Origin: Eledone cirrhosa
Taxonomy: Eukaryota
DNA: 64,000 nt
Assembly (NCBI GenBank): GCA_964016885.1
Contig: OZ024741.1
Coordinates: 55,738,001-55,802,000 of the forward strand
Reading direction: 5' to 3'
Shown here: piece after piece, positions 30,302-43,639 of the stretch
Layout of the letters: each line of letters starts with the position of its first letter
How positions within the stretch are numbered: the stretch's first letter is position 1
Translations under genes and position numbers: made by a program
Notes under the pieces: generated by a model
What the model was told of the DNA's origin: nothing
Databases searched by the model: none
The model's input: the letters and a program-made list of their open reading frames with translations, nothing else

Positions 30302-30343
<42 letters not shown>

Positions 30344-31037
30344 CGGAAAAATAACAACACAAAACACTGTTCCACCCAACCCCTCCCCACCTAAAACAAA
30401 TACAAAAGCAACCACAACAAAACCCCAAAATATACCCCTCCCCAACAACACGGAAGAGGGAGAACTCTTTCAACAGGTGAAAAGGAAAAAAAAAAGGCAC
30501 CACATTAACAAAAATGCTACAAACACACAACCACCAGCACAAACAGAACAAACACCACAAACAAAAAAACCCACCCCTCCCCAAAACATAACACATACTA
30601 CAAAACGCAAACACGCACAAGAACAACAAACAAAAACAAACACAACACAACAAAAACTCTATACATACATTAACAAGAACAATAAAACTTTGATGAAAGC
30701 AATAGACAATAACCCTTCGGTGGAAACCGAAGGGATCACTTTCACCTACGCAGCGAACAAACCGCTCCTAATGATGATTAGGGTCCCAATGGAAACCTAT
30801 GTAACTTTGAAAAAGAACCATCCAATGCATGTGGGGACTACCTGCACCAAACCACTTAACAACGTCATATTGAGATGTTTCCCCACCCCCACACCAGACA
30901 CCCACACCCCACCAAACACCCTAATCCCGCTACACACTGATGTCCTCACCCCACCACAAACCACCACACCACCAAACAACCCTTCCAACACCCCCATGGA
31001 AATTGTGCAGCCTGGTCCCCAGGAGACGAAGAGGTAA
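29379..31037 (+). pseudogene. Tx1 ORF1 (gag-like zinc knuckle), frameshifted
   Basis: Fragments 29495-30004, 30089-30394 and 30477-31037. Motifs TFAQTVK and VEGRRPSCYHC...GH....C. Confidence 0.8.
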
Positions 31038-31078
31038 GTAATTTCCTTTCCTCTTCCTTTTAACTCTTCAGCACCAAC

Positions 31079-34000
31079 ATGGCCAATATAAGAGTTGGAT
31101 GTGTGAATGCACGCGGCCTGGGGATGTCCTGGAAACAGGGCAAACTCTTAAATGACCTCAGGTCGCACAGAATGGATGTAATGGTTATTTGCGAGTCCAG
31201 GATCAGCAGCGAGCGCCAACTGGCCCCCATCTTCGACGACTTTGAGATCTACGCATCTCTCTGTCAGCTGAGGGGTGGGGGTGTGGTTGTCGTTCTGCTG
31301 CGAAAATACCTGGGTCTTGCCACACAGAAGGTACACCTGGACCCGGAGGGTCGACTGGTGGTTTTAGACGTCGGCAGTGGTGAAGGTGGAGCTTTCAGGC
31401 TGGTGTCAGCGTATGCCCCATCTGGGACACCGCGACCGGACTTCTTCCGACGCCTGGAGAATTTCCTGGGAACGTCTCGCTCCTTGCTTTTAGTGGGGGA
31501 CTGGAATGGTATCCTGGATGCACGTTGGGACTATGTAGGGGCATGTCCCGATATAGGGGGTGTAACAGCCTCAAACGATTAATCGGCCGATTTGATCTGG
31601 CCAATAGATATCGACTAGATTTTCCGACTGTGCCACTGTGGACGTGGACTAATCTTAGCGGAACATCTAGGTCGTACCTAGATAGGTTCCTAGTTAGAAA
31701 TAAGGATAGGGACATATTAAGCTGTCCACGAATGTTCATGGTTGACTATTCGGATCACAAGTTGGTGACCGAATTGGTCAACCTTGATAGAACTCATAGA
31801 CAAGGACCCGGTTACTGGAAGCTTAACTTGTCTTTACCGACAAACAAAGCTTACAGTAAGCGGATTAGCACACTAGTTAAGCAGCGTTTGACGGGGGCAA
31901 TTGTCAACAGCAGGTAGTGGGGCTCTCTCAAGAGAGAAATTAGAATAGAATCGATAGGTTTTAGTCGGGAATTAGCATCAGATAGGAATAGAACTGAAAG
32001 GGAATTAATAAATAGAGTAGAAGAGGCGATTAGGAGTGGTAACGTGGTCGGCGTGCTGGCGTCAAGAACGGCCCTAGACCAGTTCTTTGATGCGAAGTAC
32101 GAGGGCTGCGTTGTCAGGAGTAAAATACGTGCTCTGGATAACGAGGGAGCCAAAGCTGTTAGCTGGGCCCGAGTGACAGAGGCAAAAAGTGGAAACAAGT
32201 CCATGATTCGATCTTTGAAGAACCAGGATGGACGCGTGATCCTTGAACCTGAGCGGATGAGCGCGGCCTTTCAACGGCGCTTTGCACGACTGTTCGGGAG
32301 GGGCGGCGGGCCGGGTGGGGCCATGGATTTCGGTCCATACCTCAACGGTCTGGCGCGGCTCTCGGACGGGGAGGCGAAGTCCTGCGAGAGGCCGATTTCA
32401 GCCGCTGAAATAGGGGAAGCGCTGAGCCAATGCGGCAAACGCAAATCTCCAGGTCTCGATGGTCTACCATACAAACTTTATGTAGCGATGCCGGGCTTGT
32501 TCTCCGGTCTCCTCGAGGCGGTTTACTGCAACTGGCAACAGAACGGGAGAATTCCCAGTTCTGTGACCAAGGGCGTAGTCACGCTGGTGAGGAAGGACGA
32601 GAACAAGGGGGATGACATAGATAACTTCAGGCCCATAACTCTGCTAAACACAGAGTTAAAGATTTGGGCCAAGGTGTTAGCGAAGAGGTTGGCGCTTGTC
32701 GTCGGGAACCTGGTGGGAGAAGCGCAGACATGCGCAATCCCGTGCAGGTCCATACACGACAACCTCCACCTCATGCGATACATCGTAGAGAGGGTAGGGA
32801 ACGAATCCGGCTTTGGTGAGGCCCTGATCAACTTGAATCAATCTAAGGCGTTCGATAGGGTTGACCATCGGTACCTGGATGCGGTGCTCGCAGTGGCAGG
32901 CTTCGGACCCGTTTCGAGGGGCTGGATTGCTGCAATGCACAGCAGCAACACCTGCTCGAGGGTCAAGGTGAACGGCTACCTCTCGAAGCCGTTCCAAATC
33001 ACGCGATCCATCCGACAGGGATGCCCTCTCTCCTCCCTCCTGTATGTGCTGGCTCTCGAGCCACTACTGCGGAAGCTGGAGCTGTTGCAGGGCATCCCCT
33101 TGGAACCGGGATTGCGGAAAGCAGTGTCGGCCTACGCCGACGACGTGACAGTAATGGTGTCGTTCGCCTCGGAAATCGGGCAGATCGGCACCTTACTGGA
33201 GGAATATGAAAGGTTCACAGGAGCCAAGCTGAACCGGGACAAGTCCGTCGGTTTGCAACTCGGGACGTGGAGGGGCAAAACGATGCCCTCCGACGGCATC
33301 GTCGGACGCTGGACGGAGGGATCGGTGAAGCTGCTCGAGGTCTGGTTCGGACCGGACCTCCAGGTGGAGAAAAACTGGGACGAGGTAACGGGCAAGGTGT
33401 TTGCACTCGCCCAGAAGTGGGCCGAGTGCAAACTATCCCTGAAAGGTCGAGCGGAGGTGGCGAACGCTAATATAGCGTCCGTCATCTACTACCGCTTGAC
33501 CGTCGTGCCTTGCCCAGAGAAAAGACTCGCCAAAATGGAGCGCGCGCTCTTCCGATTTCTTTGGAAGAAGCGGGCTCCTTTGGTGAGAAGATCCATCTGC
33601 TGTCAACACCCTTCGAACGGAGGGCTGGGGATGCCGTGGATGATGATGGGTAGACACGCATTAAGGCTACGGCACCTCCAGGTATTCCTCACCGGTCAGC
33701 CGGTGTGGGCCCTGTTTGTGAGGCGAGCCTTTCAGAGACTCATCTCACTCACCGAGCTGCAATCCTGGGTCAAGCAAAGACCGAGAAAAGTGGGCGACTG
33801 GCACATTGAATGTGCCCAGGCGCTCACGGCCCTCTGGCAAGCGGATCCGGCAATCAGTGGAGACTCAACCTCAACATTCTATAGAGGGTTGGTGCGCAGT
33901 AAGTGCGACGACGCTCTCGGAGAAGCTCTGGGCATGGGGGAAGATGAGCTGGCCAGTCTGTTCGGTAGGACGTTTGGCCCGGGACCGATGGACAACTTCC

Positions 34001-34512
34001 AAAAGTCCCTGGCCTGGCAATGTTACCGAGGAGCTCTACCCGTTCGGGACAAGCTCTACAGACACGGGCGCCCGGGTAGGGACCCCTCGAAGATCTGTCT
34101 GAGATTCGTGCGTGACGAGGAAACCGTCGCACACGCATTCGTACACTGCCCGGGCGTTGCTGACCTGTGGGGCTATGTGGAATGACTACTGTCGCGGGTG
34201 GGACCAATCCGGTTGACCACCGAGAACATTGTCACGATCAAACCGCCTCCCCCTTTCAAAAACGAAGGAGAGGCGGTTTTCCTCTGTGTGATAGCTATGG
34301 CGAAAGAAGTTGTATGGTGGACAAGGTTGAAAGGGCTGAGGTCAGACACCTTTCTCTCCGGCCAACAACTGGTCTTTTTTTTCAAGCACCACTTTAGAAG
34401 AAGGATCAGAATGGAGAGAGAGGTGCTCTACCCCAGCAAGTTTTATGAAAGGTGGGTGAAAGTAGCGAGAATGGCCCGAGTGAATGGGCCTTCTCTCTAT
34501 ATCAGCCTGTAG
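31079..34512 (+). pseudogene. Tx1 ORF2 (APE endonuclease + reverse transcriptase), with a frameshift and stops
   Basis: ORFs 31079-31582, 31525-31917, 32044-34185 and 34198-34512 are consecutive pieces of one polyprotein. Confidence 0.95.
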
Positions 34513-35015
34513 GTGAGAGAGGAGAAGAATAAGAAGAGGAAGGAAGCACCCGCTCTTTGTGCTCCTGAAGAGGAGGGTTGCACATTTTTTCGGGGGTGTA
34601 TGCGACCCATGTCAACGCCCCTCCCTATTGAGGACATCGATTGTTAAATTTAATTTGTTATATGTTTTTTACACGTCTTTTTAAATGTATGTAAACCCCC
34701 CCCCCTTTGTATTTGTCCCAATCTTTGATGCCCTGGTGGCAAATAAATAGAAATATATATCTATCACACAAAACTCTCTTCCAATCCCCCTCTCTATATG
34801 TACTGCCACCAAACTCTCCCCCTCTCTCTATCTATTTCTCCCTATCTCTCCCAATCACCCTCACTTTATATATCACCAGTAAACTCTCCCCCTCTTTATA
34901 TCTATCTATACTTACCTCTCCCAATCCCCCTCTCTATATTTACAACCACCAAACTCTCCCCACTCTATATCTACCATACAACAATCTCTCCCAAACCCTC
35001 TCTCTCTATCAATTA

Positions 35016-35385
35016 CTCTCGCGTCTTGAATAATCACTCGCCCCCACCCTGCTTATTAATTTTTCAGATTTTTTCAAACACACCCACCCGCTTTTATCAC
35101 ACACCCACCCATCCTTATTGGATTTTGCTAATCTATCTCCGGCGAAATGTTATTGCAAGTGATTCATATCGATACAGCAGCTGGAGAATCTAATGATAAT
35201 TTTATTTTACATTAAAGAAACATTATATATATGACAAAAAAAAAGCATTACAAGAAATCCCATATTTACGAACCTACACTATACAATTACCGCTCCCTCC
35301 CCCTCCCCCGCTTATAAGAATTTATGCAAATGACCAACCCCCACCCCCGCTTATTCCAACCCACCCTATTATTTGTGACCCAAGA

Positions 35386-35386
<1 letters not shown>
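35016..35386. mobile_element. TA-flanked TIR MITE (Tc1/mariner-type)
   Basis: TA|CTCTCGCGTCTTGAATAA ... TTATTTGTGACCCAAGAG|TA. The right half recurs at ~8880-9068. Confidence 0.65.
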
Positions 35387-35441
<55 letters not shown>

Positions 35442-36150
35442 GGGCGGTGGAAGCATTTCTGGATGGTGGGTGGCAAATTTGGTCAATTTAGTTGTGATTA
35501 GTTTAGCTCTTTGCACACTAAAATGGTCAGAAAATTCAATTTGAGTCCAAGCAGGTCAAATTACATATAGCAAACTGACCTATGTCTCTGAATAAACATA
35601 CTAGCAATTGGCAAATAATGTTATATGGAGAAAAAGTTATGACATGACAAAAAGATTTACTATGAAGGTTAACATAATATATTACAGTGTTATTATCAAA
35701 TATCAACCAAGATATTTAAAACTTCGATATGTGATAAACATAACATGTACATAAATTGTAGAGCATATACAAATAGATGTGTGTTTTGGTAGTTTGGGGA
35801 GAAAAATATAATTATTGGGGGTAAGGGGCCATGCGCTCACTGCTCTCTGAGTTCCAATCACACCGAGGTCAACTTTGCCTTTTATCCTTTCGGGGTCTTT
35901 AAAAAACTACCAGTCAAGTACTGAAGTGGATTCTTCCGCTATGTGTCTTTCACACTTCCTTTCTTTCATTTTCTACCATTCTCTGAAAGAAATCGACTTT
36001 GTTCAGACCTGGAGAGGGGTGGGCTCTGACAGGCTTAAAATACACTAGAAACGTCGTATGCCACTACGGCACACCTACGATTCCAACAGGAGTTACGGGT
36101 CCATTCATACATACCATATATATATATATATGTGTATGTATGCAAATATA

Positions 36151-36203
<53 letters not shown>

Positions 36204-36260
36204 CGATGTTATCCGTCTTATGAAATTTTAAAAGTTAAGAATTAAAAATTAAAAATTAAA

Positions 36261-36301
<41 letters not shown>

Positions 36302-36448
36302 GGGTGTGTATGATTGTGTATAGAAGATTATATTAATAAAAGGAATTCCAACTTTGTCTGATTTACTCGTTTTATTTACAATCCTTTAAAATTTATAATG
36401 GTATTAGAATGAAATAGTATGGTAGAATATTAAATGTTAAGTGTTAAT

Positions 36449-36487
36449 TGAACAAGTACTTTCATGCTTTCGCAATCTTCAGGTTCA
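36449..36487 (-). ncRNA. Minimal type I hammerhead ribozyme
   Basis: Minus strand reads TGAAC-CTGAAGA-T-TGC-GAAA-GCA-T-GAAA-GTAC-TT-GTTCA: perfect helix I, GNRA-capped helix II, palindromic AGTACT helix III. Confidence 0.9.
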
Positions 36488-36521
36488 TATTCTGTGGTGA
36501 CAGTTAAGTTTGCAATTTTCA

Positions 36522-36559
<38 letters not shown>

Positions 36560-36592
36560 TTTTAAATGTTCGCTCTACATGGCTGAATACAA

Positions 36593-36814
36593 TAAATGTA
36601 ATCTGAGTTTTTCGAATATTAATAATAATATTCGATTCGTTTGCAATTATGCAAACAAGCCACATTTTTAAAGCCATGTCAGCAGAATGAGCCCCTCATT
36701 CTTGCTTTTGTGTTGGCATGTAAACCGACATGGCTTTAAAAATGAGGCTTGTTTGCTTAATTGCAAACGAATCGAATATTATTATTAATATTTGAAAAAC
36801 TCAGATTACATTTA
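36593..36814. repeat. ~90 bp-arm inverted repeat between (TA)n tracts
   Basis: TAAATGTAATCTGAGTTTTTC...AAAGCCATGTC / GACATGGCTTT...GAAAAACTCAGATTACATTTA. Confidence 0.85.
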
Positions 36815-36819
36815 TATAC

Positions 36820-36882
<63 letters not shown>

Positions 36883-37055
36883 TACATATATATAATTATA
36901 ATTTTTAATGAAGATCATTGATATTATGTCAACGGTCCTCGGTTAACGTCCAGCTCTCTCAATGAATCTGCCAAATTGCAGTAATGCAACTGCAACTAGC
37001 TATTCAGAGTGCACACATTTTAGTTAATAGCAAGTATGGTGGCTGTTTTGGTAGA

Positions 37056-37115
<60 letters not shown>

Positions 37116-37527
37116 TTAAGTGTATAACTATGTATACGTATGTATGCGTGTACCAATAAATGGTCAGTCACACATTAAGCGTGTCGGACTCTCAGTGCAA
37201 ACTAAGATTTATTTGTTGTTAGGTATTTACTAAAAAAAATTTTCTTTTGAAAATTTCCAATTAAGGTGAGATAGAGAGATATAATAAACCGTAATAGATT
37301 TTTATGTATTTCTTCTTTTCTTTTTATTCTTTTCCGTAACTAACTTTCATTATCTTCAAATTTCTTTTTTTTTTCTCATTTGTTATAGTATTATTTTTTT
37401 TTTTTTTTGTATCTTTTCATTTTTGATTCTGACTGTTTTATTCTATCTATTTATTCTCTGTCCTAGTTTTCAATTAATGTATTTCAACTGCTCTCTCTCT
37501 ATATATTACAAATAAAGATTCTAGTTC

Positions 37528-37647
37528 ATTGTTTCTGAGGAAGACAGTAAGATGGATCTGTAGTATCAAGTTACATAACTATTATCGGTTTGTCACTATA
37601 TAGATTTATCATGATCAATCAACCTTCTGAAACGATCGTAACACAAT
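37528..37647 (+). ncRNA. Type I hammerhead ribozyme with extended helix II
   Basis: ATTGTTT-CTGAGGA (37535-37541), long stem (GATGGATCTGTAGT/ACTATATAGATTTATC), GAAA 37629-37632, palindromic ACGATCGT, GUA site, ACACAAT. Confidence 0.7.
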
Positions 37648-37745
37648 AAACTGATTAAGCACTAAACTTCGACTTTTGTTTTCATTGTTCAACACACACA
37701 TACAGCAGTTGAAATACATTAATTGTATATATATATATGTGTGTG

Positions 37746-37817
<72 letters not shown>

Positions 37818-38304
37818 TATGTGTATGTGTGTATGTGCGTGCATGTATGTATATACACATATGTGTCTGTGTGTGTGACAGCAATGAAAGGAACAAACTT
37901 ATATAAAAATATTTAGTGGTGGAGGAGGGGAATTATATACGGTTAAAACGTCACCAATAGTTAACTGGTACTTTATTTTATCCGCGCTGTCGTGATTTGA
38001 ATTCAGAACGTAAAGAGGTATAAATGTATACAACAATTATTTAGTCCAGTGCTCTACTGATTTTGCCATCAAATAATTGTTTCTATTTTTGGCACAAAAC
38101 CAGCAATTTGGAAGGAAGGGAAAAGTCAATTAAATCGACCCCAGTATGCTACGGGTGCTTCACTTTATCGTCACCGTAAGGATGAAAGGCAAAGGTAACC
38201 TCGGCGGGATTTGAACTCAGTACTTAAAGGACCGTAACTCTATGCCAGGCAACATGGTGTCCGACACTTTACCGATGCTGCCAATCCACTGCCCCTTTGT
38301 CCAC

Positions 38305-38770
38305 CCCTCTTTCCATTCGAAGGAGGTAGATCCATCATCTGGGATGCCACATGTTGGGACACGTTCTCCTCCTCCAGCATAGTCGCTTCGGCCACAAATC
38401 CCGATACTGTAGCTCGCAATGCAGAGGAAAGGAAGACAAACAAATGTTGAGGATTGTCCGGCCGCTTCCTCTTCGCACTGGTCGCCGTCGAGACCTTATC
38501 GGACCCCGTACTGCCGAGTTCTTCCACGTGATCAGAACATCAACAGCCCGTCTGAGGAAGAAGCCCCGCGAGGTGAGGTGGCTGTTGCAACGGGTGTCGC
38601 TGGCCTTTGTCCACGGAAATGATTTTTGCGGTCTTGCCCGTGGGGTGCAGCCCTAACACAGCCGCACCCTAATCCCATCGCCCTCCCCCTTCCTCCTCCC
38701 ATTCTTCTGTAGCCCTAGAGCCCTTGCCTTTCCCTTCCTTTTCCGTTTTTAAATATTTGTAGCGTTTTCT
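38305..38770 (+). mobile_element. CRE-like RLE non-LTR retrotransposon 3' fragment
   Basis: Translation PFEGGRSIIWDATCWDT...AEERKTNK...FALVAVET and, after a frameshift, WLLQRVSLAFVHGN. The 3'UTR recurs inverted at ~25910-26048. Another fragment at ~46255-46400 reads KPVAVETSGVLDP. Confidence 0.75.
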
Positions 38771-38799
38771 GATTGCATTATAGTCGTTCATTCATGTGG

Positions 38800-39640
38800 T
38801 TACTCATAACAGCACCAAACATAGACTCCAACCAAATCCACATCAACAACCATAACAGCAACATTCAAAACAACAACTATCACAAATACAACACCTACAA
38901 CAACAACAACTACAACAACAACCACAACAACAACAGCTACAACCGCATCACGGTCTATAACTACACCACACTGACAATAAACATAACAATAACCATAACA
39001 GCAACAACTAGCACAACAGCAGCAACAACAACAACTAATAATAATTGTTTCTACTTTTGGCACAAGACCAGCAATTTCCCAGTACATTACTGGTACTGTA
39101 ATGCAATTACAGCAACAACTACTACAACTACTACTGCTATAACCACAACAACAACTACTACAACTACTACTACAACAACTACAGTTATTACTACTATAAC
39201 CACAACAACAACTACAACTATGATGACAACAACTACTACTACATCTACCACAACAACTACAACTACTACTGCTATAACCACAACAACTACTACTACAACT
39301 ACTACTACAACTACTACTACAACTACTACTACAACTACTACTACAACTACTACTACAACTACTACTACAACAACTACTGTTACTACTACAACTACTGTTA
39401 CTACTACTATAACCACAACAACAACTACTACTACAACTACTACTGCTATAACCACAACAACTACTACTACAACTACTACTACAACTACTACTACAACAAC
39501 TACTGTTACTACTACTATAACCACAACAACAACTACTACTACAACAACTACTATTACTACCACTAATACTACTACAACTGTTACATCTACTACTACTACC
39601 TACACAACTACAACAGCAACTACAACAACAACATCAATAT
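38800..39640. repeat. (ACA)n/(ACT)n low-complexity array
   Basis: Direct reading. Confidence 0.9.
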
Positions 39641-39739
39641 AAGCACCACGAGAAATTGCAGTAAAAAGTTGATGTAAAAAGAATGTGATGGTGTTACCTT
39701 AGAGATGGCCAAGTGATGTTCTGTGTTGTACAGACTACT

Positions 39740-40360
39740 GGGTGGTGGTGGCGGGGGTTTCTGGTGGCGGCGGGGGATGCTGATGGTAGGGGGTGCTGGG
39801 GGTGCTGATGGTAGTGGTGGGGGTTTGGGGGGCGGATGGCAGTGGTGGTGGTGGTGGTTGTAATGGTGGTGGAGCAGTAGGTGTTGTTGGTGGTGGTATT
39901 GGTACTGGTGGTGCTGGTGGACATGGTAGTAGTGGTGGAGCGGAGGTTAGTGGTGGTGAGCAGTAGGTGTTGGTGGCGATGGCAGTGGTGGTGGTGGTTG
40001 TAATGGTGGTGGAGCGGAGGTTAGTGGTGGTGAGCAGTTGGTGGTGGTGGTGGTGGTATTGGTGGTGGTGGTTGTAATGGTGGTGGAGCGGGGGTTAGTG
40101 GTGGTGAGCAGTAGGTGTTGGTGGAGATGGTGGTGGTGGTGGTTGTAATGGTGGTGGAGCGGGGGTTAGTGGTGGTGAGCAGTTGGTGGTGGTGGTGGTG
40201 GTGGTGGAGATGGTAGTGGTGGTGGTGGTTGTAATGGTGGTGGAGTGGGGGTTAGTGGTGGTGAGCAGTAGGTGTTGCTGGTGAGTGGGGGTGCGCTGAT
40301 GGCAGTGGTAGGGGGTTGTAATGGTGGTGGGGTGGAGGTTAGTAGTGGTGGTGGTGGAAA
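39740..40360. repeat. Degenerate ~60 bp G/T-rich minisatellite
   Basis: Recurring GGTGGTTGTAATGGTGGTGGAGCGG(A/G)GGTTAGTGGTGGTGAGCAGT. Confidence 0.85.
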
Positions 40361-41008
40361 TGGGTAGGAGTGATGATGAAGAGAGCTTGTGGATTGGATG
40401 AATGGATGGATGGGTACCTGGTTCTGTGTGGTGTGTGGGTGTGTGCATATACGTGTGTATATGGTGGTGGTATGTGTTTATATTTGTAAGTTTGTGCGTG
40501 TTTATATGTATGTGAGTGTGTGTATGTGGATGTATGTGTAAGCGTGCGTGCCAATCCACTAGAATCTCTCTCACTCCCTCTCTCTCTCTCTCTTTCTTTC
40601 CCACTCCCTCTCTCTCTTTCCCACTCCCTCTCTCTCTTTCTCCCCCTCTCTCTTTCTTTGCCACTCCCTCTCTCTTTCTTTCTCACTCTCTCTCTCTCTC
40701 TCTTTCTTTCTTTTAGTCTTTCTTTCTTCCTCTCTCCTACTATTTCTCATTCTCTCATCGTCTCTTTTTCTCCCCCACTTTCCCTCTCTCTCTCTCTCAC
40801 CCTCTCTCTCTCTCGCTCTCTCTCACCCTCTCTCTCTAAGTGTTTTGCACGCTATCGTTTACTCATTCCTGGTTACTTGGTCACGTGGTAGATACGGGTG
40901 GGGGTGTCTGTCTGTCTGTCTGACTGGGGGGGGTGAGAGTGTGGATGGAGGGATGTAAAGTGGTTGCTGAGGATGAGGGTTGAAGTGGGATAATATAAGT
41001 GTGAGTTG

Positions 41009-41040
<32 letters not shown>

Positions 41041-41439
41041 GGTGGTTGTCGTCGTCGTCCTCGTGGTGATGGTGATGGTGGTGGTGATGGTGGCGGCAGT
41101 GGTGGTGGTGATGATGGTGGTGGTGGCGGCAGTGGTGTTGGTGGTGATGGTAATAGTGGTGGTGATGATGGTGGCGGCAGTGGTGTTGGTAGTGATGATG
41201 GTGGCGGCAGTGGTGTTGGTGGTGGTGGGAGGGTAGTGATGGTGGTGGTAGTCGTGCTTATTAGCGGTGGTAGGACGATAAACAGAGGAGGTGGTGTCGG
41301 TGGTGGTGGTGGTTTGCGGTGCTGTAAGGGGTGATGGCACTGGTATATGAGGAAATTGAAGGACTGAAAGCAGCTACATTACTCACTCCCACACTCAAAT
41401 AATACAATTGTGAGTGAATGTATCATTTATATAACGAAC

Positions 41440-42170
41440 TAATGACAGCCACATGGAAATATGGGTGGTTTTAGGTGGCTATGTTATCTTGGCAAGCTAT
41501 TTAGAACACTGGTTTAACCGAAGAAGAGATATTATCTCGAAAATTAAGGACATTTAAATAAATCTAAGGTAAAAGACTAATTGTCAACAATATCTTTTGC
41601 ATTTGCATTCTTTATTCTATGTCCATACCTGCATTGTTTTGGCTTTTTTATACATATACAAACGTTTATACCTCATTAGACAATCCTTCAACTGAACTAT
41701 AACCTCCTCCATATATATATATATATATATATAGGAGGAGGAAGTTGTAGTTCACTTGAAGCATTGTGTGATGAGGTGTAAGCGTTTGGAGTTGAAAAGC
41801 CAAAACAATGCAGGTATGGATATAGAATATAAATGCAAATGCAAAAGATATTGTTGACAATTAGTCTTTTGCCTTAAATTTATTTAAATATCCTTAATTT
41901 TCGAGATAATATCTCTTCTTCGGAGGGAAGTAAAGGGGTTAATCCAGTGTACTAATTAGCTTGCTAAGTCATGCTGATAGGATGACTTAGCAAGCTAATT
42001 AGTACACTGGATTAACCCCTCTACTTCCCTCCGAAGAAGAGATATTATCTCGAAAATTAAGGATATTTAAATAAATTTAAGGCAAAAGACTAATTGTCAA
42101 CAATATCTTTTGCATTTGCATTTATATTCTATATCCATACCTGCATTGTTTTGGCTCTTCAACTCCAAAC

Positions 42171-42176
<6 letters not shown>
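41440..42176. mobile_element. Three copies (one direct, one tail-to-tail pair) of a small element with a CCGAAGA-variant hammerhead
   Basis: Palindrome arms ~41780-41972 and 41981-42175. The motif CCGAAGA-A-GAGAT-ATT-ATCTC-GAAA-AT-TA-AGG occurs at 41518(+), 41892-41926(-) and 42028-42062(+). Confidence 0.8.
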
Positions 42177-42210
<34 letters not shown>

Positions 42211-42215
<5 letters not shown>

Positions 42216-42586
42216 AAAATTGAACGGGAACAAAACAGAGAGGCAGTACAAACAAAGGTTTATTAGTTTCACGCTCTTGAGAGTGGTGTGGTGGTGGGGA
42301 ACGACGTTTCGGGCATAAGCCCTTCTACTGGCGAAAAGTGTGTGGGAAGAGAGTTCCAAGGGTGTGTAGGGGAGTGGGGGAGAGACATTTAGAAAAAAGG
42401 GGGTGAGAGGAAACGGTACAAATGAAAATAAATATAAAAGCATAATAAAAATAAAAATAAACATGAAGTTAAACAAGTGGTGGAAGGGTGTGGGGCGTGT
42501 AGGGCTGGTGGCGGGTGGAGTGGGGAGAGGGAGGCGGGGTGTCCTAGCGGGAGGGCTGAAGGTGGTGTGTGTGTGTGTAGGTGTAC

Positions 42587-42617
<31 letters not shown>

Positions 42618-43562
42618 AATGTGAGAGTTTGGGGAAGAACGGGGTTGCATGTTCAGGAAAAGGTGTGTGTGGGGTGGGGTGTAGGTCGGTGTGTGTGTGC
42701 GTGTGTGGATGGGGAGGGGTCAGAGGAGGGGGGAGGATTCCGGAGGCTGAGTGTGTAAATATGTGGTGGTACGCACGTGTGTGTGGTGTTTATACGTATT
42801 GTGGATGTAGGTGGCGTGTGGGGAAAACATTTTTGTGAGTGTATGTCCGTGGGTAAGTTCCTAAGTTAGTTCCGTAGAGGATGTGGTGGGATGCCGGATA
42901 ATTTCCTTGTGATGGAGTTGATTCGTGGGAGCGATGTCTAATGTGTGTAATCCGTGGTTGGGTTGGTCGGAAGAGGGGAGATGTGGGGTGCGCGCGCAAC
43001 AGGAAGTGGTCAGAGGGTCAAGGCAGGAGGAGGGTTGTGTGTCTGTGTGTGCGGAGAGGTGGTCAGAGATTCAGGGCATAGCAGCAGTAGGGGAGAATGG
43101 CAGGTGGAGAAAGTCGGTGTGTCAGTGTGTGCGGAGGTGCGGTGGACAGGGGAGGATGGGTAAGTGTGAAAGGTGGAGTGATGAGGGGGTGTATTAGTAG
43201 AGGTGTTAGTGGGATGTGTGTGTGTGTGTGAGAAGGGGTGTGGGTGGGGCGGGGAGAGGGAGGGGGAGAGAAAGGTGGGGGGGCCGGTGGAGGGAGTGTA
43301 GTATACTGGTATGTGTGTGCGTGTTTGGATGAGTGTGTGTGGTGAAGGGGGTGTTAGTGAGTGTTAGTATACTGGTGGTGGGGAAAGGGTTGAATGCGGG
43401 TGTTAATGGGGGTTAGTGGTGGTAGGGTGTTAGAGTGGGTGGTGTAAGTGGGTGTGTGTGTTCGTGTGCGTGGGGTCGGGGGGTGTTAGTGGTATTAGTT
43501 GTGGGGTGGTGGGAGTGGATGTGTGGGTGAGGGTTAGTGGTGGTAGTAGGGTGTGTGGTTAG
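42211..43562 (-). mobile_element. PLE-like element with CA-rich body and degenerate hammerhead at 42301-42335
   Basis: Minus strand CCAGTAGAAGGGC-TTAT-GCCC-GAAACGTCG, followed by AATAAA and (TA)n. Its 3' end recurs at 16755-16840(+). Confidence 0.6.
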
Positions 43563-43594
43563 TGTGAGTGCGTATATATAAATATATATATATC

Positions 43595-43639
<45 letters not shown>

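Larger units (their letters stand above)
29372..34748 (+). mobile_element. Near full-length Tx1/L1-clade LINE (disrupted ORF1 and ORF2)
   Basis: ORF1 has a CCHC knuckle (CYHCLSRGHLRAAC). ORF2 has APE motifs (CVNARGL, GDWN, LDRF, YSDH) and RT motifs (PGLDG, FRPITLLN, KAFDRV, RQGCPLS, AYADD). 3' end GGCAAATAAAT. Interrupts a CTCTATATCT-rich minisatellite. Confidence 0.95.

Noticed and set aside
38773-39642. 289-aa Thr-rich 'mucin' ORF
   Set aside because: It is a trinucleotide repeat array with an embedded SINE tail fragment (~39040-39097), no ATG start (TTG) and no signal peptide.
39740-40360. Telomeric repeats (GGGTTAG words)
   Set aside because: They are isolated words within a GT-rich minisatellite, not (TTAGGG)n arrays.
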